Positions 18,156 through 29,235 of a stretch of DNA of 64,000 nt are shown here, in pieces (within the stretch, counting starts at the first letter, position 1; each line of letters opens with the position of its first letter). Source of the DNA: an uncultured Gemmatimonadales bacterium (GTDB lineage Bacteria > Gemmatimonadota > Gemmatimonadetes > Longimicrobiales > RSA9). The position numbers and the translations under genes were made by a program. The notes beneath the pieces were generated by a model. The model was not told the origin of the DNA and ran no database searches. It worked only from the letters and a program-made list of their open reading frames with translations. Location of the stretch: the NCBI GenBank assembly GCA_963708135.1, contig OY970192.1, positions 2,976,001 through 3,040,000 on the forward strand. Direction: 5' to 3'.

Positions 18156-19670
18156 TCAGCCGCGGACCCGCTCGAAGCGGTCGGCGCTCACGTACATGCC
18201 GTCGACGTGGCCGGACGCGTCGCGGGTGAAGCGGACGGGCTCGCCCGCGCTGCCGCCCCCGACCTGGATGAAGGCGTCCGGGTGTCCGGGATCCGGCTGG
18301 AGCACGACGTAGCTGGCGGCCGGCGCGTCAGTGGACCAGAGCACGAGCTTCTTCTGGATGATCCTCACCTCGTACTCCTCGTCGGTGGGTTCCCAGCGGT
18401 AGGTGCCGAGATAGTCGTTCCACGCCACCGGCGGCGTCTTCCACTGCGTGGACGTGCGGCGGGCCTCGATCCGCTCGAGGACGGGCAGCAGGATCTCGAT
18501 GGCGTCCGTGGCCGCGGGCGCGGGATCCGTCTCGGTATTGGTCATGACGATGGCGGCCAGCCGGGCCGAAGGCACGATCGACATCTGCGAGCGGAACCCG
18601 CCCACGTAGCCGGCGTGCCCGACGGCCAGCGTGTTGTCCGCCGTGCGCCAGAGGGCGAGGCCGATGCCCTGGCCGGACTTCCAGTCGGGGCTCATCCACT
18701 GCACGGTCTGCATCTGGTGCACGGAGGAGCCGCGCAGCACCGGGCTCGTCGTATCCGCGGGATCCTCCATCTGGAGCATGGCGAAGCGGGCGAGGTCGAG
18801 AGGCGTGGTGTAGAGCCCGGCGGCGGGGACGAGGCCGCGGAAGTCCTCGGCGTGGGCGGGCGTGAGCGGCCGCGTCGCCGTCGGCCCGACGTAGCCCGTG
18901 GCGAGGTGCGCCCGGACTGGCGGGGTGAGCGCCATGGCGCTGGAGCGCATGCCGAGCGGCTCCAGGATGTGGTGCCGCACGTACTCGGCGTAGGGCTCGC
19001 CCGCCGCGCGCTCGAGCGCCCAGCCGAGCAGCGAGAAGCCCACGTTCGAGTACTTGTGCGCGTGCTGCGGCGGGAACGGCGGCGCCTCGCGCGAGAGCAT
19101 GGCGAGCAGGCTGTCGCGCGTGGGGAAGGCGTCGTCGCGCCAGTACGGGACGTCCACCTCCCGCTCGAGCCCGGAAGTGTGCGTGGCCAGCTCCCGCAGC
19201 GTGATCGGCGGCGCCCCCGGGCGCGGGTGTGCGAGCCGGAACGCCGGCAGGTACTCCCGGACCGGGTCGTCCAGCCGGACCTTCCCCGCGTCCCGGAGCT
19301 GCATGAGCATCGTGGCCGTGAAGCACTTCGAGATGGAGGCGACACGGTAGACGGTCTCCGGCGTGGCCGGCACCTTCTTCTCCACGTTCGCGTAGCCGTA
19401 GCCGCGGGCGAAGACCACGCTGTCGCCGTAGACGATGGCGACCGACATCCCGGGCAGCCGCTGCTCCTCGCGGAAGGCGTGCATGTGCGCGTCCACCAGC
19501 GCGAGCGCCGCGCGGAGCTCCGGGTCCGCGTAGACGCCGCTATCCTGGGCGGGCGCCGCCTCCTGCGCCGCGAGCCCGGCCGGCGCGAGCCCGAAGCCGA
19601 GCCCGGGCGCCAGGCCGAGCAGGGCGACGCTGAGCCGGGCCCGCAGGCCCCCGGGCGCGCGCGGCCTCAT
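18156..19670 (-). CDS. Serine hydrolase, beta-lactamase/PBP (AmpC-like) family, exported
   Basis: SISK (SxxK), THTSGL, YSN and HAG motifs; signal peptide; ATG overlaps the upstream gene stop. Confidence 0.88.
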   Translation of the reverse strand: MRPRAPGGLRARLSVALLGLAPGLGFGLAPAGLAAQEAAPAQDSGVYADPELRAALALVDAHMHAFREEQRLPGMSVAIVYGDSVVFARGYGYANVEKKVPATPETVYRVASISKCFTATMLMQLRDAGKVRLDDPVREYLPAFRLAHPRPGAPPITLRELATHTSGLEREVDVPYWRDDAFPTRDSLLAMLSREAPPFPPQHAHKYSNVGFSLLGWALERAAGEPYAEYVRHHILEPLGMRSSAMALTPPVRAHLATGYVGPTATRPLTPAHAEDFRGLVPAAGLYTTPLDLARFAMLQMEDPADTTSPVLRGSSVHQMQTVQWMSPDWKSGQGIGLALWRTADNTLAVGHAGYVGGFRSQMSIVPSARLAAIVMTNTETDPAPAATDAIEILLPVLERIEARRTSTQWKTPPVAWNDYLGTYRWEPTDEEYEVRIIQKKLVLWSTDAPAASYVVLQPDPGHPDAFIQVGGGSAGEPVRFTRDASGHVDGMYVSADRFERVRG

Positions 19671-22600
19671 CGGACGATCACCCCGGCCGCACCGACGGAG
19701 GCGAGCAGCGCGTTGAAGCTCGCCACCGGGCCGCCCTCGAGGGCCCGCAGCGCGGCCAGCCGGCGCTGCAGCACCGCGGACAGCTCGCCGAACACCTCCC
19801 CGTCCTGCGTGGTGGGCGCCGCCTGCGCGGAGAGCACCATCTGGTTCAGCGAGAGCAGCTTGTTGTAGAGCTGGATCGGGTAGGCCAGCGTGGACTCGCC
19901 GGCGTGGCAGTGGACGCACACGAGCGCGCCGCGGAGCGCCTCGAGGGTATCGGTCACCGCCGTGGCGGCGGAATCCACGCGGGCGGCGTAGGGCCGCCCC
20001 TTCGTCGCCTCGGTCCAGTGGTGGAGCTGCGTCTCGATGGCGCCGATCCGCCCGACCGCGGCCGACACGGAGTCGATCGCGTCGTGGATCCCGAGCGCCA
20101 GCCGCCGCTGCGCCGCCAGGTCGGCCGCCGTGGCGGCGACGCGCGGGTCGGGCCGGACGACGAGGGGACGGGTCTCGCTCGCGCCGTCCACCGTCAGCCG
20201 CACCGAGTAGGTGCCGGGCAGGACCAGCGGCCCGGTGAGCATGCCCTCGTCCTCCACGATCCCCTTCACGCCCTTCGCGTCCGGCGTCCGCAGGTCCCAC
20301 ACGAAGCGGTTCAGCCCGACGCGGCGGCTGGGCACCGAGTCGGCGGGCTCGAAGGCGAGCGAGTCGTGCTCGATGCGAGGACGGGCGTTCGGCCGCGTAG
20401 CCGAAGCCTTCAGCGTGTCCGCCGCGACGCCGCCTGGCGTTCTCCCGCCGGCCGCGGCCTTCTCCGCGGCCACCGCCGCCGTCGCGCGCCCGCCGCCGGC
20501 CGGGAAGCGGCGCACCACCTGGCCGGCCGAGTCGAGGACCTCGAGACGCACCTCGTGCGCGGGTGCCTTCCCCAGGGCGTAGTCGATGATGGCGCCGTAG
20601 GGGGGGTTCTCTCCCGCCCCGCGGGCGCGGCCCCGGCCGCGGCCGGCGTAGAGCATGGCGGGCGCGGGCGCGAAGAGGTGCGCGGGCTCCGCCGCCACGG
20701 CGGCGCTCCACTCGCGTAGCGGCGTGATGTCGTCCAGCACCCAGAAGGCGCGGCCGTGGGTGGCGGCGATGAGATCGTTGCCATGGACGGCGAGGTCGCG
20801 GACCGAGGCCTGGGGCAGGTTGAGCTGGAGGGGGGCCCAGTGCGCGCCGTCGTCGAAGGAGACCCGGACGCCGGTCTCGGTCCCGGCGAAGAGCAGCCCG
20901 GAGCGCACGGGGTCTTCGCGGATGGCGCGCGTGTAGGCGCCGACCGGAATGCCGGCATCGATCCGCTTCCAGGTACGCCCGAAGTCGGTGGTCTTCCACA
21001 AATAGGGGCGGAAGTCGTCGAGCTGGTAGCGGTTTGCCGCGGCGTAGGCCGTGCCGGCGTCGTGGTGGCCGGGCTCGATGATGCTCACGCGCGTGAAGGC
21101 GGGCATGTCCCGCGGCGTCGCGTCCGCCCAGTGCGCGCCGCCGTCGCGGCTGACGTGGACGAGCCCATCGTCGCTTCCCGCCCAGAGAACGTTCCCATCC
21201 ACGGGCGACGGGGCGAACGCGAAGATCGTCGCGTACCACTCCGTCCCCGTCATGTCGAGCGTGATGGGCCCGCCGACGGGTCCCATGGTGGCGGTGTCGT
21301 GGCGGGTCAGGTCGGGGCTGATCACGCTCCAGCTCCGGCCGCCATCCGTCGTGCGGTGCACGTACTGGGAGGTGGCGTAGAGAGTGTTCGGGTCGTGCGC
21401 CGCGAACACGATCGGGAAGGTCCACTGGAAGCGGTACTTCACCTGCGCGGACGTGTAGCCGTCGGAGTTGTTGAGCCACGACGAGACGTCGAAGTCCGAG
21501 TGCGTATGGTGGTCGTAGCGGGTGATCGTGCCCATGTAGCTGCCGGCGAACACAGTGCTCGGGTCATCAGGCTTGGGCGCGATGTAGCCCGACTCGCCGC
21601 CGCCCACGGAGTACCAGTCGGACGTCGTGATCGCCCCCGCGTCCGAGCGGCTCGCGATGGAGACCGTCGAGTTGTCCTGCTGCGCGCCGTAGATGCGGTA
21701 GGGGAGCTGGTCGTCCGTGGTGACGTGGTAGAACTGCGCCGTCGGCTGGTTCCCCTGCGTGCTCCACGTCTCGCCGCCGTCCAGGCTGATCGTGGCGCCG
21801 CCATCGTTGCCCTCGATCATGCGGTCCGGATCGGCCGGATCGATCCACAGGATGTGGCAGTCGCCGTGTGGCGTGCGCACCCGCTCGAAGGTCCGTCCGC
21901 CGTCGATCGAGCGCCACGTGCCCAGGTTCATCACCCACACCGTGTTCACGTCCCCCGGGTCCGCCGTCACCGCCGAGAAGTACCACGGCCGGATCATGAA
22001 CTTCTGGTCCGCGTTCATCCGCCGCCACGTGGCGCCGCCGTCCCGCGAGCGGAAGATCCCGCCCGCCGAATCCGCCGCCTCCACGCTCGCGTAGACGACG
22101 CTCGGGTCCACCGGCGAAACAGCGACGCCGATCCGGCCGAGCGGCGCATCGGGCAGCCCCGGCACGGAGGAGAGCTCGCCCCAGGTGTCGCCCCCGTCCG
22201 TGCTCTTCCACAGCCCGCTCCGCCCGCCGCCCGCGCTGAAGCCCCACGGCATGCGCTCGAACTTCCACATGGCCGCGTACAGCACGCGCGGGTTCTTCGG
22301 GTCCAGCGCCAGGTCGATCGCGCCCGTGCTGTCGTTCACGAACAGCACCCTCCGCCAGCTCTTGCCGCCGTCCGTCGTCCGGTAGACGCCCCGCTCCGGG
22401 TTCGGTCCGAACGCGTGCCCAAGCGCCGCCACCCACACCCGATCCGGATCCCCCGGGTCCACCCGGATCGCCGCGATGTGGCGCGTGTCCTCCAGCCCCA
22501 GGTGCGTCCACGTCGCGCCGCCGTCCGTCGAGCGGTACATCCCCGTGCCGTACGTGATGTCCTCGCGCGGATCCGACTCGCCGCCGCCCGCGTAGACCAC

Positions 22601-23011
22601 GTTGGGATCCGACGGCGCCACCGCCACCGCGCCGACCGACGCGAGCGACGTCTTCCCGTCCGTCACGTTGCGCCACGTCTCGCCCGCGTTCTCCGTCTTC
22701 CACACGCCGCCATCCACCGCGCCGAAGTAGAAGACGCGCGGGTCCGATGGGTCCCCCGCCACCGCATCCACCCGCCCGCCGCGGAAGGGGCCCACCAGCC
22801 GCCAGCGGAGGCCCCGGAGCGCCGGCGGCGTGCGCGCCGTGTCGGCCCCCAGAAGGGAGAGCGGCGCGCCGCCGCTCGCGCGCTGCGCCCACGCGGGGAC
22901 GGGCGTCTGCACGGCGAGGAGAAGGGCCGCAAGGGCGAACGGCACGGGGACAGCCGCCTTCACGGCGCGGACGAGTGTCGCCACGGCGGACAGCGCGGGC
23001 ACGGGACGCAT
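19667..23011 (-). CDS. VPS10/sortilin-like BNR-repeat glycosyl hydrolase-like protein, exported
   Basis: WRLVGPFRGGR, repeated STDGGxTW Asp-boxes, GAQQDNS, ATHGRAFW; signal peptide; CAGGAG RBS. Confidence 0.88.
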   Translation of the reverse strand: MRPVPALSAVATLVRAVKAAVPVPFALAALLLAVQTPVPAWAQRASGGAPLSLLGADTARTPPALRGLRWRLVGPFRGGRVDAVAGDPSDPRVFYFGAVDGGVWKTENAGETWRNVTDGKTSLASVGAVAVAPSDPNVVYAGGGESDPREDITYGTGMYRSTDGGATWTHLGLEDTRHIAAIRVDPGDPDRVWVAALGHAFGPNPERGVYRTTDGGKSWRRVLFVNDSTGAIDLALDPKNPRVLYAAMWKFERMPWGFSAGGGRSGLWKSTDGGDTWGELSSVPGLPDAPLGRIGVAVSPVDPSVVYASVEAADSAGGIFRSRDGGATWRRMNADQKFMIRPWYFSAVTADPGDVNTVWVMNLGTWRSIDGGRTFERVRTPHGDCHILWIDPADPDRMIEGNDGGATISLDGGETWSTQGNQPTAQFYHVTTDDQLPYRIYGAQQDNSTVSIASRSDAGAITTSDWYSVGGGESGYIAPKPDDPSTVFAGSYMGTITRYDHHTHSDFDVSSWLNNSDGYTSAQVKYRFQWTFPIVFAAHDPNTLYATSQYVHRTTDGGRSWSVISPDLTRHDTATMGPVGGPITLDMTGTEWYATIFAFAPSPVDGNVLWAGSDDGLVHVSRDGGAHWADATPRDMPAFTRVSIIEPGHHDAGTAYAAANRYQLDDFRPYLWKTTDFGRTWKRIDAGIPVGAYTRAIREDPVRSGLLFAGTETGVRVSFDDGAHWAPLQLNLPQASVRDLAVHGNDLIAATHGRAFWVLDDITPLREWSAAVAAEPAHLFAPAPAMLYAGRGRGRARGAGENPPYGAIIDYALGKAPAHEVRLEVLDSAGQVVRRFPAGGGRATAAVAAEKAAAGGRTPGGVAADTLKASATRPNARPRIEHDSLAFEPADSVPSRRVGLNRFVWDLRTPDAKGVKGIVEDEGMLTGPLVLPGTYSVRLTVDGASETRPLVVRPDPRVAATAADLAAQRRLALGIHDAIDSVSAAVGRIGAIETQLHHWTEATKGRPYAARVDSAATAVTDTLEALRGALVCVHCHAGESTLAYPIQLYNKLLSLNQMVLSAQAAPTTQDGEVFGELSAVLQRRLAALRALEGGPVASFNALLASVGAAGVIVR

Positions 23012-23428
23012 CGGGGTCTGCTCCTGGGTCGGGTGGAGGTGGGGCAGGATGCGAGGCGCGCCGGGAGGCGCGCAAGCCCGGCGCCCGGAATGGCGGCGTC
23101 GGAGGCCGGGACCAAGACCGACAGCGGCCTCCTCGGCCGACTCGTTGCTCTCCCTGCTCCTTCCGACGGCCTCGCGCACCCGCTGGGCCGGGCGCAGGGG
23201 CGAGCAGGATCGGCGAGCGAACCCGTTGTGAGGATCGTAACCGCCTTCTTGATCGGCATTCGGGAAGAAAGGCGCATCGGGCGCCTCTCGGCGACGCCCC
23301 GACCGCGATCTTGCCCGATTTCCGAGATGTTTCTCGATCCGGACGGTCTGGCGCCCGTCCACTGCGCCATCTCTGATCGCGCCGCCACTGGAGTCGGGCG
23401 GCCTCGACGGAGAGGTGCACGCCGTACC

Positions 23429-23473
23429 TTGCCGGTGCCCGGACCTTCCATCATATTATCCGGATCAACGGAT
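23429..23473 (+). promoter_or_regulatory. Sigma70 promoter and putative SahR operator
   Basis: TTGCCG(23429)-N17-CATATT(23452) followed by the palindrome ATCCG-N6-CGGAT at 23458-23473. Confidence 0.7.
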
Positions 23474-24443
23474 GAAGGAGGGAGCGATCGCCAGCCCTAC
23501 GGTGGTACCGAACGTCTTCGAGCGCATGAGCGCACTGGCCGATGGGACGCGGGCGCGGCTGCTGCTCGTGCTCGAGCGACACGAGCTGACGGTGGGCGAG
23601 CTGTGCGCGGTGGTGCAGCTGCCGCAGTCGACGGTGAGCCGTCATCTGAAGGTGCTGGCGGGGGAGGGGTGGGTGGCGTCGCGGGCGGACGGCACGAGTC
23701 GGCGCTACCGGATGGCGCCGGAGCCGGGCTCGGAGGCGGAGCGGTTGTGGCAGGTGGTGCGGGGTTCGGCTGCGGTGGCGGTGGAGGCGGAGGCGGATGC
23801 GGTAAGGGCGGGGAGCGTGCTGGCGGAACGGCGCTCGCGCTCGCAGGAGTTCTTCCGGACGGCGGCGGGGCAGTGGGATGCGTTGCGGGAGGAGCTGTTC
23901 GGGGAGCGCGGGCCGCTGGTGGGGCTGCTGGGGCTGCTGGAGGGGAGCTGGGTGGTGGGAGACCTGGGGTGCGGCACGGGGGTGCTGGCGGCGGCGCTGG
24001 CGCCGTTCGTGGCGTGGGTGGTGGCGGTGGATGCGTCGCCTGGCATGCTCTCGGCGGCGGAGGCGCGCCTGCAGGGGCTGGGCAACGTGGAGCTGCGGGT
24101 GGGGGAGCTGGAGGCGCTGCCGGTGGCGGACGGCGAGCTGGACGCGGCGGTGCTGTCGCTGGTGCTGCACTACCTGCCGGAGCCGCGAGCGGCGCTGGCG
24201 GAGGCGGCGCGGGCGCTGAAGCCTGGCGGGCGGCTGCTGGTCATCGACATGCTGCCGCACGAGCGGGAGGAATACCGGGAGCGGATGGGGCACGTGTGGC
24301 TTGGGTTTCCGGCGGAGCAGCTGGAGGGCTGGCTGGGCGCGGCAGGACTGGAGCTGGCGGCGTACGTGGGACTGCCTCCGGATGCGGGGGCGAAGGGGCC
24401 GCTGCTGTTCGCGGCGACGGCGCGGCGTCGGGGCGTGGGCTGA
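23472..24443 (+). CDS. sahR: ArsR-HTH + SAM-methyltransferase fusion regulator (SahR-like)
   Basis: LADGTRARLL...QSTVSRHLKVL helix-turn-helix; DLGCGTG SAM motif; directly upstream of ahcY. Start 23472 or 23526. Confidence 0.8.
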   Translation: MKEGAIASPTVVPNVFERMSALADGTRARLLLVLERHELTVGELCAVVQLPQSTVSRHLKVLAGEGWVASRADGTSRRYRMAPEPGSEAERLWQVVRGSAAVAVEAEADAVRAGSVLAERRSRSQEFFRTAAGQWDALREELFGERGPLVGLLGLLEGSWVVGDLGCGTGVLAAALAPFVAWVVAVDASPGMLSAAEARLQGLGNVELRVGELEALPVADGELDAAVLSLVLHYLPEPRAALAEAARALKPGGRLLVIDMLPHEREEYRERMGHVWLGFPAEQLEGWLGAAGLELAAYVGLPPDAGAKGPLLFAATARRRGVG

Positions 24444-24489
24444 GGTCGGGTGATCGGATCTTCAGGGGAGCTCAAGCGGGAGGAGACGG

Positions 24490-25974
<1,485 letters not shown>

Positions 25975-25996
25975 AAGGACGGGCTGCGGGCGGGGC

Positions 25997-26032
25997 TGGC
26001 CCTTGGCGGAAAGGGCCACTTATGTTATTTTA
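25997..26032 (+). terminator. Putative intrinsic terminator after ahcY
   Basis: TGGCCCTT-GGCGGA-AAGGGCCA followed by T-rich cttatgttatttt. Confidence 0.55.
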
Positions 26033-26201
26033 TAGCATAAGGTTACGGCATACGACAGGAGTCCGACGGGGGTGGTCCGGATCGTGCACCTGAGGGGGCG
26101 CGACGGCACGGCGGACGCGGGACGGAGTTTCGGCCCGGCAGAGGGGGAAGCGGGCTCTGGGGGGGCCGGTTGGGCGGTGTCTTTGGATGGAGGTGAGCGG
26201 C

Positions 26202-26648
26202 ATGCGTGTCCTAACGAGAGCACTGGTGGTGTCCTCTCTGGTGGTCGGCATGACGGGCTGCGGCCGGAAGGACCAGGCGCGCGACGTCCTGAACCAGGAC
26301 GCGCTGCTACCGCAGTCCGGCGCGGTGGTGTCGCCGGCGGAGATGGGACTGGACTCGCAGTTCGCGGAGGCGATGTCGGGTTCGCCGGCGAGCGCGCCGG
26401 CTCCTGCGGCGCGGCCGGTGAGCACGCCTCGCTCGACGCGTCACACGTACAGCTCGCGGAGCTCGGCGCCCGCGCCGACGCGGACGGTGAAGCACACGAA
26501 GCGTGACGCGGCGATCGGCGCGGCTGCGGGCGCGGCGGTCGGCGGGCTGGCGACGCACAGCGTGAAGGGTGCCGTGATCGGCGGCGTGGTGGGCGGCGTG
26601 CTGGGCGGCGTGGTCGGCAACAACGTGGACGTGCAGCACAAGCACTGA
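26202..26648 (+). CDS. Glycine-zipper (YMGG-like) lipoprotein
   Basis: VVGMTGC lipobox; KRDAAIGAAAGAAVG...GAVIGGVVGGVLGG; GGAGGTG RBS. Confidence 0.8.
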   Translation: MRVLTRALVVSSLVVGMTGCGRKDQARDVLNQDALLPQSGAVVSPAEMGLDSQFAEAMSGSPASAPAPAARPVSTPRSTRHTYSSRSSAPAPTRTVKHTKRDAAIGAAAGAAVGGLATHSVKGAVIGGVVGGVLGGVVGNNVDVQHKH

Positions 26649-26679
26649 CGTCGCGCGCAGACGTGGCGGGAGCGGGACG

Positions 26680-26711
26680 GAGGGGCCCGGGCGAAATCGC
26701 CCGGGCCCCTC
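26680..26711. terminator. Strong hairpin between convergent genes
   Basis: GAGGGGCCCGGGCGA-AA-TCGCCCGGGCCCCTC. Confidence 0.7.
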
Positions 26712-26750
26712 TCTTCGTGCGCGTCCTGTTACGCTCGGCGGACGGTTTGC

Positions 26751-28976
26751 TCAGTCGTTGTGGCCGAGGATGAGGGTGTCGTCGCCGGCGGTGATGGTGA
26801 CGCTTCGGGAGAGGAATCCGGCCACGCCGGCGGCGGCGGCGAGGTCGACGAGGTAGACGCCGGCGGCACGGATGAAGAGCGACTGGGTGCAGAGGGCGGC
26901 GAGCTGGCCGACGATGCGCTCGAGCATGCCGTTGTCGGGCTCGTCGCGGGAGAAGGCCTCGGCGAGGGTGCGCAGGCCGCTGGTGAAGGAGGCGCAGGCG
27001 CCGGCGATGTCCCCATCGAGGTCGATGAGTCCGCCGAAGGTGTAGGGGTCGGGCGGCTGGAAGCGGCCCTCGCGGGCGGCCAGCGCGGTCGAGATCCTGC
27101 GGAAGTATCTCCCCGCGGCGCCCGCGTAGTCCTGGGCCTCGTGGCCGGGGTCGCGCAGGTAGGCGTCCCAGAGAGGCGTGTAGTAGGTGCGGCGCAACCT
27201 GACGTCGGCGCGCAGCGGCTCGTCGGTGTCCAGGAGCGGCATGGCGGCGGCGAGGGCGCCGGCGAAGCCGGGAGCTCCGCCGGTGAGCAGATGGTCGCAC
27301 ATGCGGCGAAGCGCGCCGTGGTCGATGCGGAGCTGCAGGCTGGTGGTGAACGACTTCTCCTCGGCGCCCGGGAGCTGCTTCTCGACGTCGGGCGGGTCGG
27401 CGGGGCCCAGCGCGCCCCAGATGAGGGCGGTGTCGAGCTGGGCACGCAGGTCGGAGCGCAACTTCCCCGCCCTGCCCTCCCAGACGAGCAGCAGGCCCGC
27501 GCGGTATTCGGAGAAGCGCGGCACGGGGCCGGCGGAGAAGCCGTCCATCCTGGCGGCGAGCGTGCCGGACCAGTCGACGTGGCCGCCCGGCCAGCTACCG
27601 TCGTAGCCGCGAGCGGCGGTGAAGGAGACGCGCTGGTGGCCGGCCGCGTCGGCGTCCGTCAGGCGGGTCGTCCGGCGCCGGTCCTTGCCCGAGAACTTCC
27701 AGCGGCCGATGCCGAGGGAAAGCCCGAAGCTGCTCCGGCTGTCGACGCTCTTCTGGCCGAGGAAGGTCTCGAGATCGAGGCCCACCTCGCCGGCCCGCAG
27801 CGCGTCGAGCACGACGCCGAGGCGGCCGCGCAGCAGATGCGGGTGGTAATGCCGGAGCGGGGCCTCGCCCCGGATGACGACCTGGAGGAGGCTGGAGGTG
27901 CTCTCGATGCGCTGGTAGGAGTAGCTGAAGCCGAGGGCGACGGCTCCCTTGACCGCGTCCTCGACCGCGCCGCTCACGTGGTCCTTGACGGTCTTCACGA
28001 GGTCGTCCCCGGTGGGCAGGCCGAGCCGCCGAGCGATCCCCTCCAGCAGTCGCCGCTGCGCGTCGGTGAGGGAGCCGGTCGCCGCGGCGAGCGCGTCGCG
28101 GACGGCCTTGCCGAGCGTGGCCTCGACGACGGAGTCCAGCACCATGCCGAGCGCGGCCGGGTCCGGCAGCGAGACGCTGAGGTTCAGCCCCGCGCCGCCG
28201 GAGGCGGTCGTCGACCGCGCCTTGCGCACGGCTGCGCGATAGTGGCCCGGCGTGCCGGCGACCCCGGAGAAGACGACGAGGAAGCGGTCGCGCACGGCTA
28301 CGGACGCGTCCAGCGTCGCACTGGCGGCGACACGGATGGGAACGAGCGTGGGCGCGGAGACGAGCGGGGCGAGGGCGTGCATGGCGCCGGAGAGGACATC
28401 GGACCAGGCGAGCTTCAGGCTGGCCTGGATCGAGCCGGGCACCTCGAGCAGGAGCGCGTCCTCGGGGCCGAGCGCGAGCACGTCCTCCACGCGGAATGCG
28501 AATCGTGGGCTCGTGAGCGCGGCGCGCGTGGCGGCCGGCGCCTGCTCGGTGCACGCCCGGCACGTGTAGCTCGCGAGTATCAGGGCGGCGTCGGCTTCGA
28601 CGTCGAAGCCGAGGTCGGCGAGCCTGGTGCCGCCGCTCGCCCGCACGCTCGCCGTGACGCCGGTCTTGAGCCAGGCCGCGTCGGCGTGGAAGGCGATGGG
28701 TGGTGGCGGATCGCCGGCGGCGCCGGACAGGACGCCATCGTCGTCGTGGTCGTCGGCCGCGTTGAAGAGCTGGACCTCGAGCGCCGCCCCGGCGCTGAGC
28801 CGGAACACCGCCTGGCCGGCGAGGGGCGGGGCGGGCAGGTCCAGGGGCAAGGCGAAGCCCTCGCCCAGCGGGACGGCGAGCAGCTTCGCGCCGAGACCCG
28901 GATCACAGAGCTGCTTCGCGGGGATGGCGTCGAGCACGGAATCGGCGACGCCGAGCACGGCCTTGACGGTGGACAT
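26751..28976 (-). CDS. Hypothetical protein (741 aa)
   Basis: Long ORF with protein-like composition, GAGGGTG RBS and a hairpin downstream; no motif recognised. Confidence 0.7.
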   Translation of the reverse strand: MSTVKAVLGVADSVLDAIPAKQLCDPGLGAKLLAVPLGEGFALPLDLPAPPLAGQAVFRLSAGAALEVQLFNAADDHDDDGVLSGAAGDPPPPIAFHADAAWLKTGVTASVRASGGTRLADLGFDVEADAALILASYTCRACTEQAPAATRAALTSPRFAFRVEDVLALGPEDALLLEVPGSIQASLKLAWSDVLSGAMHALAPLVSAPTLVPIRVAASATLDASVAVRDRFLVVFSGVAGTPGHYRAAVRKARSTTASGGAGLNLSVSLPDPAALGMVLDSVVEATLGKAVRDALAAATGSLTDAQRRLLEGIARRLGLPTGDDLVKTVKDHVSGAVEDAVKGAVALGFSYSYQRIESTSSLLQVVIRGEAPLRHYHPHLLRGRLGVVLDALRAGEVGLDLETFLGQKSVDSRSSFGLSLGIGRWKFSGKDRRRTTRLTDADAAGHQRVSFTAARGYDGSWPGGHVDWSGTLAARMDGFSAGPVPRFSEYRAGLLLVWEGRAGKLRSDLRAQLDTALIWGALGPADPPDVEKQLPGAEEKSFTTSLQLRIDHGALRRMCDHLLTGGAPGFAGALAAAMPLLDTDEPLRADVRLRRTYYTPLWDAYLRDPGHEAQDYAGAAGRYFRRISTALAAREGRFQPPDPYTFGGLIDLDGDIAGACASFTSGLRTLAEAFSRDEPDNGMLERIVGQLAALCTQSLFIRAAGVYLVDLAAAAGVAGFLSRSVTITAGDDTLILGHND

Positions 28977-29235
28977 GATTCACCCTCGAGCGGCTCGGGG
29001 CTTGCGGCAACGGCAGTGGAGGGCGAAGCTAATGCGCACCCGGGAGTCGGCTTTGTCAAGAGACGCGTTCCGCACGACGCGCTAACGGCCGGCTCCCTCC
29101 ACGCTGTCAACCGGCGCCGGCGCGTCCGGCATGGACCATGCGCCGCGCGCAGCCAGCTCGCTCCCGCCGCCGCGCCGAGACCGCGCCGGGCTTGCCGGCC
29201 GAACACGCCAGGACCGCACCCCACGGAGAACGCGA

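Noticed and set aside
24444..24489. SAH or SAM riboswitch ahead of ahcY
   Set aside because: The gap is only about 46 bp with no recognisable aptamer; a protein regulator is present instead.
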